Source: Blepharisma stoltei ATCC 30299 | Lineage: Eukaryota > Protista > Ciliophora | Direction of reading: 5' to 3' | NCBI GenBank assembly: GCA_965603825.1 | Contig: CBFDEM010000023.1 | Location: 310,001 to 374,000 of the forward strand | DNA length: 64,000 nucleotides | In this document: positions 24,388 through 36,128 of the stretch, piece by piece | Position numbering within the stretch: position 1 is the first letter of the stretch | Layout: each line of letters begins with the position of its first letter | The notes under the pieces: model-generated | The model's input: the letters and a program-made list of their open reading frames with translations, nothing else | Database searches by the model: none | Told to the model about the DNA's origin: nothing | Made by a program: the position numbers and the translations under genes

Positions 24388-25950
24388 TTAAGTATCTAGC
24401 TCTTCCATATTGAACTGAAAACTACCAAACTGCTCATTCCAATCCAGCAAAAATGTGATATCTTTTTGTGAAACAGATGGCTTTACTATAGTTAATGCAA
24501 ACTCAAAGTCGTGAAGACTAACAGGAGGAATAATTGTTGCATCAATATTCATTATATCAGTAAGGGAACGTAAAGGATTCATTGAAGCTTCTGTGCAGAG
24601 ATTTTTCAAATCAGAGCCAGAGTAGCCTTTTGATCTCTCTACAACGACATTGATATCAGATTCTGATAGAGAGTTAGAAATTGATTGCATTAAATTCACA
24701 ATTAGCTGCTTTCTTCCTTCAGAATTAGGAAGGGGAATGTACATCCTTTTTGCAAGTCTTCTCCTCACAGCTTCATCTAAATCATTCGGTCTATTTGTGG
24801 CGCCAATCAGAAGAATTCTATCATCAGGGTTGGTTGCAGCACCATCAATTTGTACTAAAAACTCAGTCTTAATTTTCCTGCTGCCTTCTTGCTCAGAGTC
24901 ATTCCTTGCACTTAGCAAAGAATCAATTTCATCAATAAAAATCACAGTAGGTTGATATTTAACTGCTAATGAAAATAACACTTTTACCAGCTTTTCTCCT
25001 TCTCCTACCCATTTAGATGTAATTGAGCTTGCTGAAATGCTGAAGAAGGTCGCATTTGCTTCGCTTGCAATAGCTTTCCCTATCATAGTTTTCCCTGTCC
25101 CAGGAGGCCCAAATAATAAAAGCCCTTTTGGAGGTGCTCTTAGCCCTTTGAAGAGATCAGGCCTTTGTAGAGGTCAAACAATGGCTTCATGAACTGCTTT
25201 TTTAGCGAATTGTAAGCCAGCAATATCGTTTCATTTTACTCCTGGATCCCTTGAAATAATTTCACTTTCAATAATTTCTATAAGCTTATCTTCAATACCT
25301 GTAAGTTTATTTGACTCTTCTTGAGGCTTTGCTTGATTATTATTGCTATTATTGCCTGTTTTTAAAGGGCATGCAAAAGGTTTTACTAGTCCAGTTGATC
25401 GAAATCGCTGCTGAGGCTCTGGCTGCTCTGGAGAATTAGAAAATTTAGGGTGGGCTTGTTGATTTGAAAATTGATTGGTTTTATAAAAATCTTTTGCAGT
25501 CATAAAGCCAGGCTTTTCTTCATCTTCTTCAGGATCAGCTTCTTTTTTTCTTTTATATCTATATCCAATTGGATTTCAGTTACAGTCTATTTTAGTTTTC
25601 GTGGGCTGCTGTGCTAGAGGTTTTTGATTACTCCTTTGTTCTTGCTTCACTAATAGTTCTTGTCTTGGCTTTAGTGCATTATTTATAATCATATTTTGTG
25701 CATTTTTAATATTTTCTTTAGGTGGTTCTTGAATTTTTACTGTGCTTTTTAAAAACATAGGATTTTGGAAAGGCGGTACTGAGAATTTCTTTTCAGATTT
25801 ATTTGCACTTATAAGAGGCCTTAGTGCTGAAAAATCAATATACGATATATCTGGAGCATATTTATCTGAAAGGCAAAGCTTTTGATAAGCTCCGGAAAGA
25901 GTACTTTGATCAATATTACAAATTCGTTTGAGCAAGCTATCATTTTCCAT
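24388..25950 (-). CDS. FIGNL1: Fidgetin-like 1 AAA+ ATPase (520 aa)
   Basis: VK-W(TGA)-NDIAGL, IV-W(TGA)-[16 protein letters not shown]; FMTAK motif like the FIGNL1 FxTA element. Confidence 0.88.
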
Positions 25951-26075
25951 TTTGGTAAATTTTACTTATTATGCTTTTTATTAAAATTATAAAAATATCT
26001 GATAACTGCGGAAAGAAATGATTTTCTCATTATAATATGCTTTAGTCTCTTATAATATTGTCACGATTCTCCTTA
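25717..26075 (+). repeat. Left ~360-bp direct repeat (FIGNL1 5' end + promoter)
   Basis: Aligns with 28087-28449. Confidence 0.92.
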
Positions 26076-26188
26076 TTTGATCTCGCCAATGAGAGTAATG
26101 ACAATATAGCTGTTAACACTATTAAGGTTTCCTAGCATTTTTATTATATTTTAGTGAAACTAAACGGAGAACTAATTATTAATAAATC

Positions 26189-27016
26189 ATGAAAAGATCG
26201 AAAATAGGCAAAAAACAAGACTTAGAAAGGGACAAATTTTGCTATATCTGTGAAGATATATCAATTAGAGCAAACTCTGTGATAGAATGCTCAATCTGTG
26301 AGCTTGCAATTTGCAAAAAACATGCACGAAGAAATGATGAAAATTCATGGATTTGCGTAAACTGTGTAAGAGAAGAAATTAAAGCCAGTTTATTGAATGG
26401 AGAATTAGGAAATAATTTAACGCAATTAAGAAGTGATATCAAAGTATATCAAGATGAAAAAACTAGGAGAAGGGAAGAAATTGCTAAACATAAATCAACT
26501 ATATTAAGATTGGAATCACAACTTAAAACTAATGAAAGCAAGTACGTGCAGAAGATAAAAGCAATAGAAGAAAAAATAGAAAAAGAAGAAAACCGAACAT
26601 ATCTGGTCGAAAGCACCATTGAAAATTTAAAAGAAGTTATAATAAGTTCAGAAAACTCAGAAAAAGTTATCAGAGATCGGCTGAATTCTATAGAAGCTGA
26701 GATTAAACATATTGAACAAAACCGCGACAACCATATAAAAGACATAGAAAAACTTGATACAGAAAGTTGTGAGCTTGGGAATAAAAACCAAAATATGATT
26801 CCCTATAAAAAGTTAAGGACTATCACATGCAGAAACTGCCATAATGAAATTAAAAAGAAGTTTAAAGATCAAATACTTGTGCTGCTAAGGCACATTGCTC
26901 GAGAAAGTCTAATTGAAAGTGTCATGAATACAAGAGAAGCAATAGAGTCAAGAGATAAAAATGATCCGATATTAGCTGAAGAAAAAAAGGCATGCCCGAA
27001 ATGTTTATTGATGTAA
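26189..27016 (+). CDS. Cys/His zinc-finger + coiled-coil protein with CAAX end (CPKCLLM)
   Basis: Intact 275-aa ORF; CxxC...CxxCxxxxCxxH...CxxC; intact counterpart of pseudogene 2448-3215. Confidence 0.8.
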   Translation: MKRSKIGKKQDLERDKFCYICEDISIRANSVIECSICELAICKKHARRNDENSWICVNCVREEIKASLLNGELGNNLTQLRSDIKVYQDEKTRRREEIAKHKSTILRLESQLKTNESKYVQKIKAIEEKIEKEENRTYLVESTIENLKEVIISSENSEKVIRDRLNSIEAEIKHIEQNRDNHIKDIEKLDTESCELGNKNQNMIPYKKLRTITCRNCHNEIKKKFKDQILVLLRHIARESLIESVMNTREAIESRDKNDPILAEEKKACPKCLLM

Positions 27017-27100
27017 AATTGCTTCCCTATCCTTAAATTTTGGGTTATTAATATTAATGATTATAAATAGCTATCATCTATATTTCTTATACAAACTAAT

Positions 27101-27800
27101 ATGAAAAAAGGTAATCTTCCTCACCACCTCCAAGAAGCCAGTTCCTGCTAAAGCTCCCCTTAAGTCTACAGCTCAAAAAGAGCCTCCTGCCAAGTCTGCA
27201 GGAAAACCCTGCAAGCCCATCTCCACAAGATCCAAAACCAGCCAAAAAAGCAGGGCCACCTTCCATCACAGACAACATTGGAAATCTATTTGGATCCTGT
27301 TGTAGCCAGGCTCATATAGAAATTGATTACGCCTCTGCGATGATTTACGAATAAATCCGATGACTGACGTTGAACTTCTCGTATTTGTTTGGAAATGCCA
27401 AATCAAGCAATCAGGAACGATAACTGCTGTAAGAGCTGATTCGTTGAGTTATTTAAAGACTAGGCTTAATGCACTGAGAGATTTCGGGAGAGACACATTT
27501 CAGAATGATTTCAGAAATTTTTTTAGGCTTGTCTTTGATTTAACAAAAGAGCCAGGCGCTAGAAATATTGATGCAAATGATGTGATTTGGTTTTTAAATT
27601 TATTATTAACTCCTCACTTCAGGTGAATGCCAAGATTTATTGAATTTTTAGGAACAAAACAGCAGAAGTTTCTGAATTTAGATCAATGGATGGGAATTCT
27701 TGAATTTTGAAAGAAAAACCCAAACAGCTTTGATAACTACAACCCTGAAGACCCTTGGCCAGTTCTAATCGACGAGTTTGTGACTTGGACCCGACAAAAG
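27101..27800 (+). pseudogene. DCN1 pseudogene
   Basis: Frameshifting deletions relative to 3301-4056 (e.g. gaaattgat|tacgcc); helix SQEEFTNGM lost; stop changed to AAG. Confidence 0.88.
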
Positions 27801-27874
27801 CCTTAATTTTATTTTATTTCTTTGGAGTAGTTGCTAAAAGTAATTATAAGAGCATGAATAAAAGCTAAATCAGC

Positions 27875-28081
27875 ATGTCTACTAATGAAGCGATTGAAGT
27901 AATATGCATCAAGGTAGAATCATTAGTTCTTAACTGACTCTGACAAAAATTATACACTTTTGCAAAGAATAGGGAAATTATCAAGGCACAGTTTACAAAA
28001 AAACTGTATTTTGAAAAATATTCGTCTGTATACTCACGAGCAAGGAACTAAATAGAGCCTCAGCATTCTTCAGCTAATGAA
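27875..28081 (+). pseudogene. Truncated TPR/IQ gene remnant
   Basis: 517-bp internal deletion at CTG microhomology; intron end TAG changed to AAG; 3' truncated. Confidence 0.88.
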
Positions 28082-28320
28082 TGAATTTTAGGAGGTTCTT
28101 GAATTTTTACTGAGCTTTTTAAAAAGATAGGATTTTGGAAAGGCGGTACTGAGAATTTCTTTTCAGATTTATTTGCACTTATAAGAAGCCTTAGTGCTGA
28201 AAACTCAATATAAGATATATCTGGAGCATATTTATCTGAAAAACAAAACTTTTGATAAGCTTCGGAAAGGGTCCTTTGATCAATATTGCAAATTCGTTTG
28301 AGCAAGCTATCATTTTCCAT
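28048..28320 (-). pseudogene. 5' fragment of FIGNL1 forming a chimeric 90-aa ORF
   Basis: First ~78 codons copy FIGNL1, then read into antisense of the TPR remnant to TAG 28048. Confidence 0.75.
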
Positions 28321-28449
28321 TTTGGTAAATTTTACTTATTATGCTATTAATTAAATATTATAAAAATATCTGATGACTACTAAAAGAAATTTATTTTTCT
28401 CATTATAATATGTTTTAGTATCTTATAATATTGCCCACGATTCTCCTTA
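28087..28449 (+). repeat. Right ~360-bp direct repeat
   Basis: Aligns with 25717-26075. Confidence 0.92.
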
Positions 28450-28494
28450 GTATTCTTCTCTTTGTGGAGAATAGTAATAAACGACTATAAAGAA

Positions 28495-30057
28495 ATGGAA
28501 ATAAAGTCAAGGAGAAAAGTGATAGATTTCCATAATCGAAATTTAATTGTGCCACCAGAGAGTCTCACAAAAAATCCAAACTCAATAAATCCAATGTAAG
28601 CTAAACTTAGTATAATATTTCGCAATCAAGTGGCTTATCCCAGGCTTTCTACCCAAGACAACCATTTGACAGAGCGTGCAAGTTATATCCCCAATTCTCC
28701 TATGAGCTCCCTAATAGTCCCTGACTTCGATACAGGCATCAACTCTTATAATGGTTCAAAATCAGTAGCTAATTCTCGTGAATCATCTCCAACTGGGAAA
28801 AGAAATCTCTCATCTCGACTTGCAGATATAAAACAATGCGCAAGATCCAGCAGTGGCAAAAACATCGGATTAGATGAAATAAAATCAAAAACCTTTGATC
28901 CTTCTCGCAGAAAGAGAATAATCATAAAATCCCAAAGGACTCCTCAAAGTTCTTCCACCCAAGACAGATCTTTTGGCTTCCAAAATGAGAGCTCTAAAAG
29001 CTTAAGCCTAAATAAAACTCCTAACTCAAGCACAGAAAATGAGACAGAAGAGCAAAATTCCAAAGAAAAAATTAAAACAATTTTCAATTCTCATGCGTTT
29101 AATATTCAGCCACATCTACAAATGCATGCGGAAGATGATGATAAAGAAGAAAAAAAGCCTGAGAAAGAAGATCGAAAGATTATTTTGAAAAATAACGAAT
29201 TCACGTTTAAGCTAATTACTGAAGATCCCATAAAATCTGGAATAAATGGAGAACTAAGAAGGTGGAAAGCCGGGGAAACCTTAGGCCATGGGAGCTTTGG
29301 AGAAGTCATTAAAGCTTTTGACGTGGAATCTGGGCAAATTTTCGCAGTCAAAAGACTCTTTTTTAATCGTGAAAATCCAGCAAAGACACAGTTCATTGAT
29401 ACATTAAATCGAGAAATAAATGTCCTTAAGAATCTTTCACACAAAAATATTGTGAAATATCTAGGGAGTGAAATCATTAAAGATAATTTCTGTATTTATT
29501 TAGAATACCTCCCTGGAGGAAGCATTGCAAAGCTGCTTTATAATCTTGGGCCACTTCCAGAAGTTACAGTAAGAGCATATACACGTCAAATATTGAAAGG
29601 TCTAAAATATTTACATGCGAATGGTGTAGTGCATAGAGATATCAAAGGAGCAAATATTTTGTTAGATAGCGAAGGTAGGGTAAAATTGAGCGATTTTGGG
29701 TGTTCGAGAAAGTATGAATCAACTGAAGCAGAATCTGGGCTACTTATGTCTATGAGAGGAAGCTTGCCATGGATGGCTCCTGAAGTAGTGAAACAGTGCG
29801 GCCATGGAAGAATGGCTGATATTTGGAGCCTTGGGTGTGTTGTCTTAGAAATGCTAACTGCAAAAGCACCTTGGCCTGATATGGATAATTATTTTGCAAC
29901 TATGATGAAAATTGCAAGGACTGATGAAATTCCGGAAATTCCTAACAATATTTCAGAGTATGGACGTGAGTTCATACTTATTTGCTTACAAAGAGACCCA
30001 GATAATAGAAAATCAGCAGAAGAATTGCTAAAACACCCATTTATACTGAATTATTAA
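28495..30057 (+). CDS. STE11/MEKK (NPK1-like) MAP3K; 15-nt intron 28596-28610
   Basis: RWKAGETLGHGSFG, HRDIKGANIL, DFG, GSLPWMAPE; ATG 28495 joined by intron GTAAGCTAAACTTAG. Confidence 0.92.
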
Positions 30058-30201
30058 TATAAATAATTAATACACAGTGATATGATTTAATCACCTATTC
30101 TATAATTGTTATTACCAGCAAGCCTATTAAATGCTAAAACAAGCATCGCAAGTTCAAATATTATTATAAAATATTTTGACACCCCTATTTTAAATTTAAT
30201 T

Positions 30202-30558
30202 ATGGAAAGTATCGACCTTGTTGCGATGACTAAAGAACTTGAAAGACTAAGAAAAGAACTCAAAGAAAAAAAAGAATTTATTCATGAACTAACTCTAACA
30301 AACAAAAAACTGATCACAGATTGTAAATTATTAAAACTCACCCTCCGTGCTGCCACTAAAGGCGAAACACAACTACTTCTTTACAAGTCTGAAACAACAA
30401 AAATCGAAGAATCAGGCCCTTCTAAAGAGCCTTTACCTCAACCTCCTTCATTTAATTTGCAGAGTATAATCTGCATCACAATCTCAATATTCTTTTTGGG
30501 TATCCTTATAAGTATCGGAAGTATGTTTCTGATTGTATCCCTCAACAAAGTTTATTAA
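30202..30558 (+). CDS. Small coiled-coil tail-anchored membrane protein
   Basis: First ATG 30202; coiled coil and C-terminal TM. Confidence 0.6.
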   Translation: MESIDLVAMTKELERLRKELKEKKEFIHELTLTNKKLITDCKLLKLTLRAATKGETQLLLYKSETTKIEESGPSKEPLPQPPSFNLQSIICITISIFFLGILISIGSMFLIVSLNKVY

Positions 30559-30643
30559 TTTAATTGGTAATTTTCCTCAAAAATAATTATTTATCTTAAG
30601 AGCTAAATTAAAAACCTTTAAAATTGTTACCACTGCATATTTC

Positions 30644-32131
30644 TTACTGCTTTTCAGTTAGTTCTGGATACTTTTTAGCTAATTTTGAATAAATTCTTTT
30701 CCCGAACTGGCTTCTTCTTAGGTCGTCCATAAGTGGCTTGATTTCTTTTATCATTCTTTCTAACAGTGCTGGGGCAGCTAAGCTTAATGCTCTTTGGACA
30801 ACTAACTATTTTTTACCATAATTTGCGTATTGATCTGGCAGCATTCTCGCCAAATTCTTCGGCTGGCCTATTTCTTGAATCATTGCTTGCTGCACTTCGC
30901 TTCTGTTCTGTTGTAAACATTTTTCGATGACATTTGATGAAAATTTCTGTGTGGAAAGTTCCTGCATGCTTTGAATGAAGATAAAAGCAAGTCGTGCGTT
31001 GATATTAGGGGAATTTAAGTCAATTACGTACTGGACAACATAATTTCCAAAGGCATCTTTTACTAATTCTACAGCGTTAATCACAATGTAATCAACTAGA
31101 AGCTCAAGCTGCTTAGGAGTTGCTGCATCAATACATCGTTGGAGTACACAGCATCCATGACGATGTGTTGCAATCTCTATTACATGCTGGCTAGAAATTT
31201 CATATATAAATTGATTATAAGTAGCTCCTAAAGCATTTAAGCATTTTTGGATAACGTGATTTCCATTGAGGTCCTTTATTAATGTAATTACATGGTTTCT
31301 TATTGCACTTATAACAGAGGGAATATGCTGTTCATATTTTGCTATAACTTCAATTAATTTTTGGATGGCTCGGGTTCCGTGCTGGTTAAGTGAAATTTGT
31401 GTGATGCTTGGAGTTACTTGTGACAAAATCGATTCAAGAATAGGCTCATCACATACTTCCAGAAGCTTTTGAACTAAATAATTTCCAAATGGATCAATCA
31501 TTAAATTTCCAATCTGGAGCATAATTTGATCATAAATTGCTTGGATCGTGAATGGATTTCGCTCTTCTAATTTTTTTTGAAGGAGACGACATCCTACTTG
31601 GTCTCTTGCCATTTCAAGGGCTTGGGTATAGACATGCTGAGGAGTAAATTGAGAATAGCCAAAGAATTCGCCCTGATCGTAGGTAGGCTCGAATTCAGGA
31701 ATTGTAGGAGGAGCTGAAGCTGGAGTGGAAAATCCAGGTGGCCCAGTGTATGGGATATTGCTGGTGGAGTTATTTTGGGAAGGCTGGTCCTCTTCTTTGA
31801 TGCATGTATCTACCATGTTATTCACTAAGAAACTTGTTGTCCTCGATCTAGGCTGCCCTTCTTCATTGTCTGAAATCGTTGAAAGCTTTCTGAATTGGGT
31901 TTGAGAAAGTGGCTCTTGAAGAGGTGGAGGCATGCTTAACTTTTCTTTGTAACATTCATAAAACTCTTCATACATTTGGTCATTTCGAATATCTGAGAAA
32001 GCAACCGTATAATCTGAAGCCACAGGAAACGCAAATAGCATATTTTCATCCAACATTGGTGGGGCAGAGGTAGATCTCGATGGGGTTTGGTCTCCTAACC
32101 CTTGAAATTGATGGTAAAAGGGAGATGCCAT
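30644..32131 (-). CDS. Pumilio/PUF RNA-binding protein; 15-nt intron 30802-30816
   Basis: Puf repeats (DPFGNYLVQ, GNHVIQK, SSNVIEK); splicing GTAAAAAATAGTTAG restores DQYANY|VVQRAL...FGKRI. Confidence 0.93.
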
Positions 32132-32843
32132 CGAATTATTTTAATAAAACATAAATAACTGATTTCAAATTTGTGAAAATCATAGCAGAGAAATTAAACT
32201 GGAAATAAAATAATTTAAATGAGTATCATGAAAGATTTTTTAAGGTATCAGTCATGAGGCAAAATTAAAGAGACTTTTAATGTTCTTATGTAATAATTAA
32301 GATTTCACCATGCCTTTGCTGGTTTAAAAGAGTAAAATGCAATTGATCACGTAAATAATGCTTTGATATATCAACATGATGTTTATTATCCAGAATTATA
32401 TTAGATTCAGAAATACTGGAAATATGCATTATAAATTATTAAAGAAGTTTACTAATTTTCTTAAAATGCATCAAAGATTGATTTTTAATTTTTAAAAGAT
32501 CTATTTCCTGATAAAAAATCTCTATATATTTTGGTTCAGCCAATGACATATAAAAATGCTAAGCATTTAAAAAAGGACATAATAATTAAAGACCTTGGAT
32601 TGTCTGGGAAAAGAAAATAGGCTTTGCTGCTTAACTAATAAGCGGAAGATTGTTTTCACTTTATAGATCGAATATAAGATATAATAAATCAACTTATCTA
32701 TTTTTTAACTTATCTGATAAATCTATAATTTATAATAAAATGTTGAATAAAATGCTTATTATTTATCCAAAGTCATTACCTACTAAAATACGCATATTAC
32801 TATAACTAAAATAATACCAATCTTTTAATACTTTTATGAATTG

Positions 32844-34712
32844 TTAGCCATCACTCACAGACCCTAGATTGCCTGCTATACTTATAACAGTCTCATTATA
32901 TCCCGCTTTTTCTACACTTTCATTAAATCCCTCTTCAAAAGTACTCAATTTCTCTTTTTCCTCATTTTGCCATTTTAATTTTGGCTTCGTTGATTCATTT
33001 GGCTCTTGCTTCTTTTCTTCTTCCTCCTCTAATTCAGGACTTCTGTTTGCTATATTTCTAGGTAAAATTGCCATTTTTTCCCTATCGTTTTCTCCTAATT
33101 CTTCTCTTCCTGATTGCTCTTTTTGCATTGTGTTTTTTCTTAATGGCAAATTATGCTTATAAAACTCCTTTTCTGCTTGATTTCCAATATGCTCACAAGA
33201 CTGGCTCCTTTCTTTAAATGATTTTTGTGCTTCTGGCACTATAAATTTCGCTGGAGTGGTTTTCAATTTAAATTCCTGATCAAATTTGTGTATTTTTACA
33301 AGCTCAGCTTGAAGTTTTTCGTTATCTTTTGCTAGGGATTTATTGATATCTTCAAGATGATCTATTTGTTTTAGATATTTTACAATTTGTTTATCACTTT
33401 TTAATGATTCTTCTTGCAATGCTTTCAGTGTGCATTTTAAAAAGTGGTTTTGTGACTTATAAGCGTCAATTTCTTCTTTTTTAGATGAATTTTCTACCTC
33501 AAGAGCCTTTATTTTTTCCATTAACGAATTATTTTCATTATGAAGCTCAACATTTTCATTTATGATGCTACCGATTCGTAGCTTTATTTCTTCTCTTTCT
33601 TCTACAGCTTCTAAATACTTTTCCTGCAATTTTAATAAATCATTGCTATAACTTTGTATGAGATCTTCGTATTCTGCAAGTTTATCTTTTACATTGCAGT
33701 ATTCGTTGTTAATTTGTGATCAATCTTCTTGTAGAGATTCCTGGTCAAAAGAAATATTTATTTCACTTCTGACAAAAGACATTTCTTGCTGCTCTAAGTC
33801 ATCGAATAAATAGTCGATTGGGCTGTCAACTCTTGGCACGAACTTTGGCAAGGCATCATCAATTTCATTGGTAAGCCTAATTCCAAGAACGTTCATTGGG
33901 ATAAGATCTTTATTGATATTTACTTCTTTATGGACAACTTTTCTGCAGTTTTTCCTTTCTTTAAAGTCATTAATCACTATACTAATTTTATCAATAATTT
34001 CATATAAATCTTGGACATGCCTTTCCATTCCTTTTTCAACAAACCCAGCTGCTTCATTTACAAAATATATTTTAAACTTCTTGAGCTCCAAAATATCATT
34101 TTTTATAGCTTGACTGTCCACATTATTCTCCTCCATGCTTAACACTGTTCTAATCACTCTTTTACACTTATGGATTTCTTTTTTTATTTCTTTTGGCATC
34201 TCAATAATATAATTTGCCGGAGGAAATACAACTCCTTTCTCCTTTAATGATAAATACATTTCTTCAAACCCAGTAGGATTTCCATCAACATCTTTGCCAT
34301 ATCTCTCAGCTCAGTTTTCTATGCATTGCAAGAATAAAATCAAAAATTCAGCTGAAGCAACTCTTTGCTCTTGGGATGTCGCCCCAAAAAGAAGCTGTCC
34401 TCGATAGACTTCTGATGATTCTTTTTTAAACTCAGCAAGGTATATTAGCTTGCTGAGGAGTTTTTTATATAAATACACAATAAATGAAATGTTTTCAGTA
34501 TTTGCGCAGGCTTGGATGATTTTTAAAGTATGAAGCTTAAAAGATGGTTTGTAATTTGGGGACTTGAGGATCCTTTTAAGACGTCTGACAAAGCTTCGAC
34601 AAGCAGATTTAGTGGAATTGGAAACAATTTCAGCGATATGGGTGATTTGGCTTTCTGTGGCTGGATTATTTAATGAGTTTCTGAGCAGTAAACTTAAGTC
34701 TTCTTGATTCAT
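32844..34712 (-). CDS. VHS-like domain + coiled-coil protein (622 aa)
   Basis: Three ORFs in one frame across TGAs; IEN-W-AE...YLSLKEKGVVFP matches the end of a VHS domain. Confidence 0.7.
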
Positions 34713-34923
34713 ATTGAAATTCTGTCTATTTTATGAATAAAAATTTATCAGCTAAAAAAATAAGTTACTTTATAATTACAATTTCTAATGAAACTGAACT
34801 TCTCGATATTCTTCTCTATATCTATTATAATCTTCCAGAATTCTTCTATTTGCCGTTAGTGGTTAATGATTAATTATAAAAAAAGCCATAATCTTTCACT
34901 GATTATCGGCTAATAATAAAATA

Positions 34924-35934
34924 ATGTCAACATCGAACGGATTTGAAGCAGATCTACCTATGTCTACAATAGAGTCTCAGCCATGTCTTGACTCGAGCTC
35001 GATTCCTCGAATTAGTGTCAGTTTAAGACCTGGCTCCTCGTGCGACTGCATAAAGCCTAACAAGTTAGACCTAACATCTGAAAGCTTCAGGAAATCGACC
35101 TCTACAGCTTCTTCAGAAAAACCTGTAGAAGATATGCTGTTTGCTAAACAAGCTGAGTACAAGGCAAAACTCAATTCTAAGATTTTAGAAAAAGAGTGGC
35201 AAGAAGGCTTCGAGCTTCGGGATAAGCCAAAAATTAACCCTACATCAAAGACCATTGCTGGAAAACGTGAAGTGAGGGAAAAAGTTATAGAGAAAAAAAA
35301 TAAAGAAAAGACTGAGTATGATAGACGTCAATCTTTTAGAGCAATAAGCTCATTAGTTAGCTTAGAAAGTATAAAGAAATCGCTAGATTCAAGGATAAGC
35401 TTAATTCATGAAGAGCCAGTTCCGAAAAAACAATACTCAAAGATGAGTGTTACAGAAAGAAACCAATATTGGCTTGAAGAAAAGCAAAAGAAAATAGAAA
35501 ATCAAAGAAAAGAGACTGAGGAGCAAGAGCTGATGGGGTGCACTTTTCACCCAGAATTGACACCTAGGATTCAATTTGTGAGCGCTACAGATTCTACTAT
35601 TGACCAAAAGTCGTCAGCTTCAGGGTATTCAAGGAACAGCTCCTATAAAAAGAAAAAAGCATCAAAGTCGATAAATTCCAATAAAGAAAGACCTCAAGTA
35701 TGTGAGTCTCCAGTTTTGAAGTCGGCAATTCCTATGAGAATTCCTCCTCCAAACCCTATGTTTTCGCTATCATCTCAGCCTTGTAAAGCAAGCTCAAAAG
35801 GCGCTTCAACTCCAATACTTTCACCATTCTATAGTCAATTGACTCCTTGCAATAAGAACTACAGATTCAGATCTGGGTGCAACTTGAAACCTTTCCTTAC
35901 AAAGGCAAAACCTATGGTTGACTATACATTTTAA
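34924..35934 (+). CDS. Hypothetical protein with (CTF)xPxI/L repeats
   Basis: 336-aa ORF; ELRDKPKIN and GCTFHPELT motifs. Confidence 0.7.
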   Translation: MSTSNGFEADLPMSTIESQPCLDSSSIPRISVSLRPGSSCDCIKPNKLDLTSESFRKSTSTASSEKPVEDMLFAKQAEYKAKLNSKILEKEWQEGFELRDKPKINPTSKTIAGKREVREKVIEKKNKEKTEYDRRQSFRAISSLVSLESIKKSLDSRISLIHEEPVPKKQYSKMSVTERNQYWLEEKQKKIENQRKETEEQELMGCTFHPELTPRIQFVSATDSTIDQKSSASGYSRNSSYKKKKASKSINSNKERPQVCESPVLKSAIPMRIPPPNPMFSLSSQPCKASSKGASTPILSPFYSQLTPCNKNYRFRSGCNLKPFLTKAKPMVDYTF

Positions 35935-36128
35935 ATGCGCTGATATATGTAAATATTTAATATATTATTAAAATTATCAGAAAATACATATTAAATTAAT
36001 TTCTCAGAAATTCCAAGGCATTCTTATTTATAACTAGCGTTGTTTTGTATTAAATTAAAATTATTTACTAAAAGATTTGGCATTGACTGTGCAAATTAAT
36101 CAAAAAACGCCAAAGATGAGTATATATC

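Larger units (their letters stand above)
26075..28081 (+). repeat. Segmental duplication, copy B (inserted) of 2332-4857
   Basis: Same order as copy A: FAM166 5' stub, CAAX gene, DCN1, TPR stub. Confidence 0.95.

Noticed and set aside
25717-28449. LTR retroelement or composite transposon
   Set aside because: The repeats are host FIGNL1 sequence; no RT, integrase, transposase or TG..CA ends
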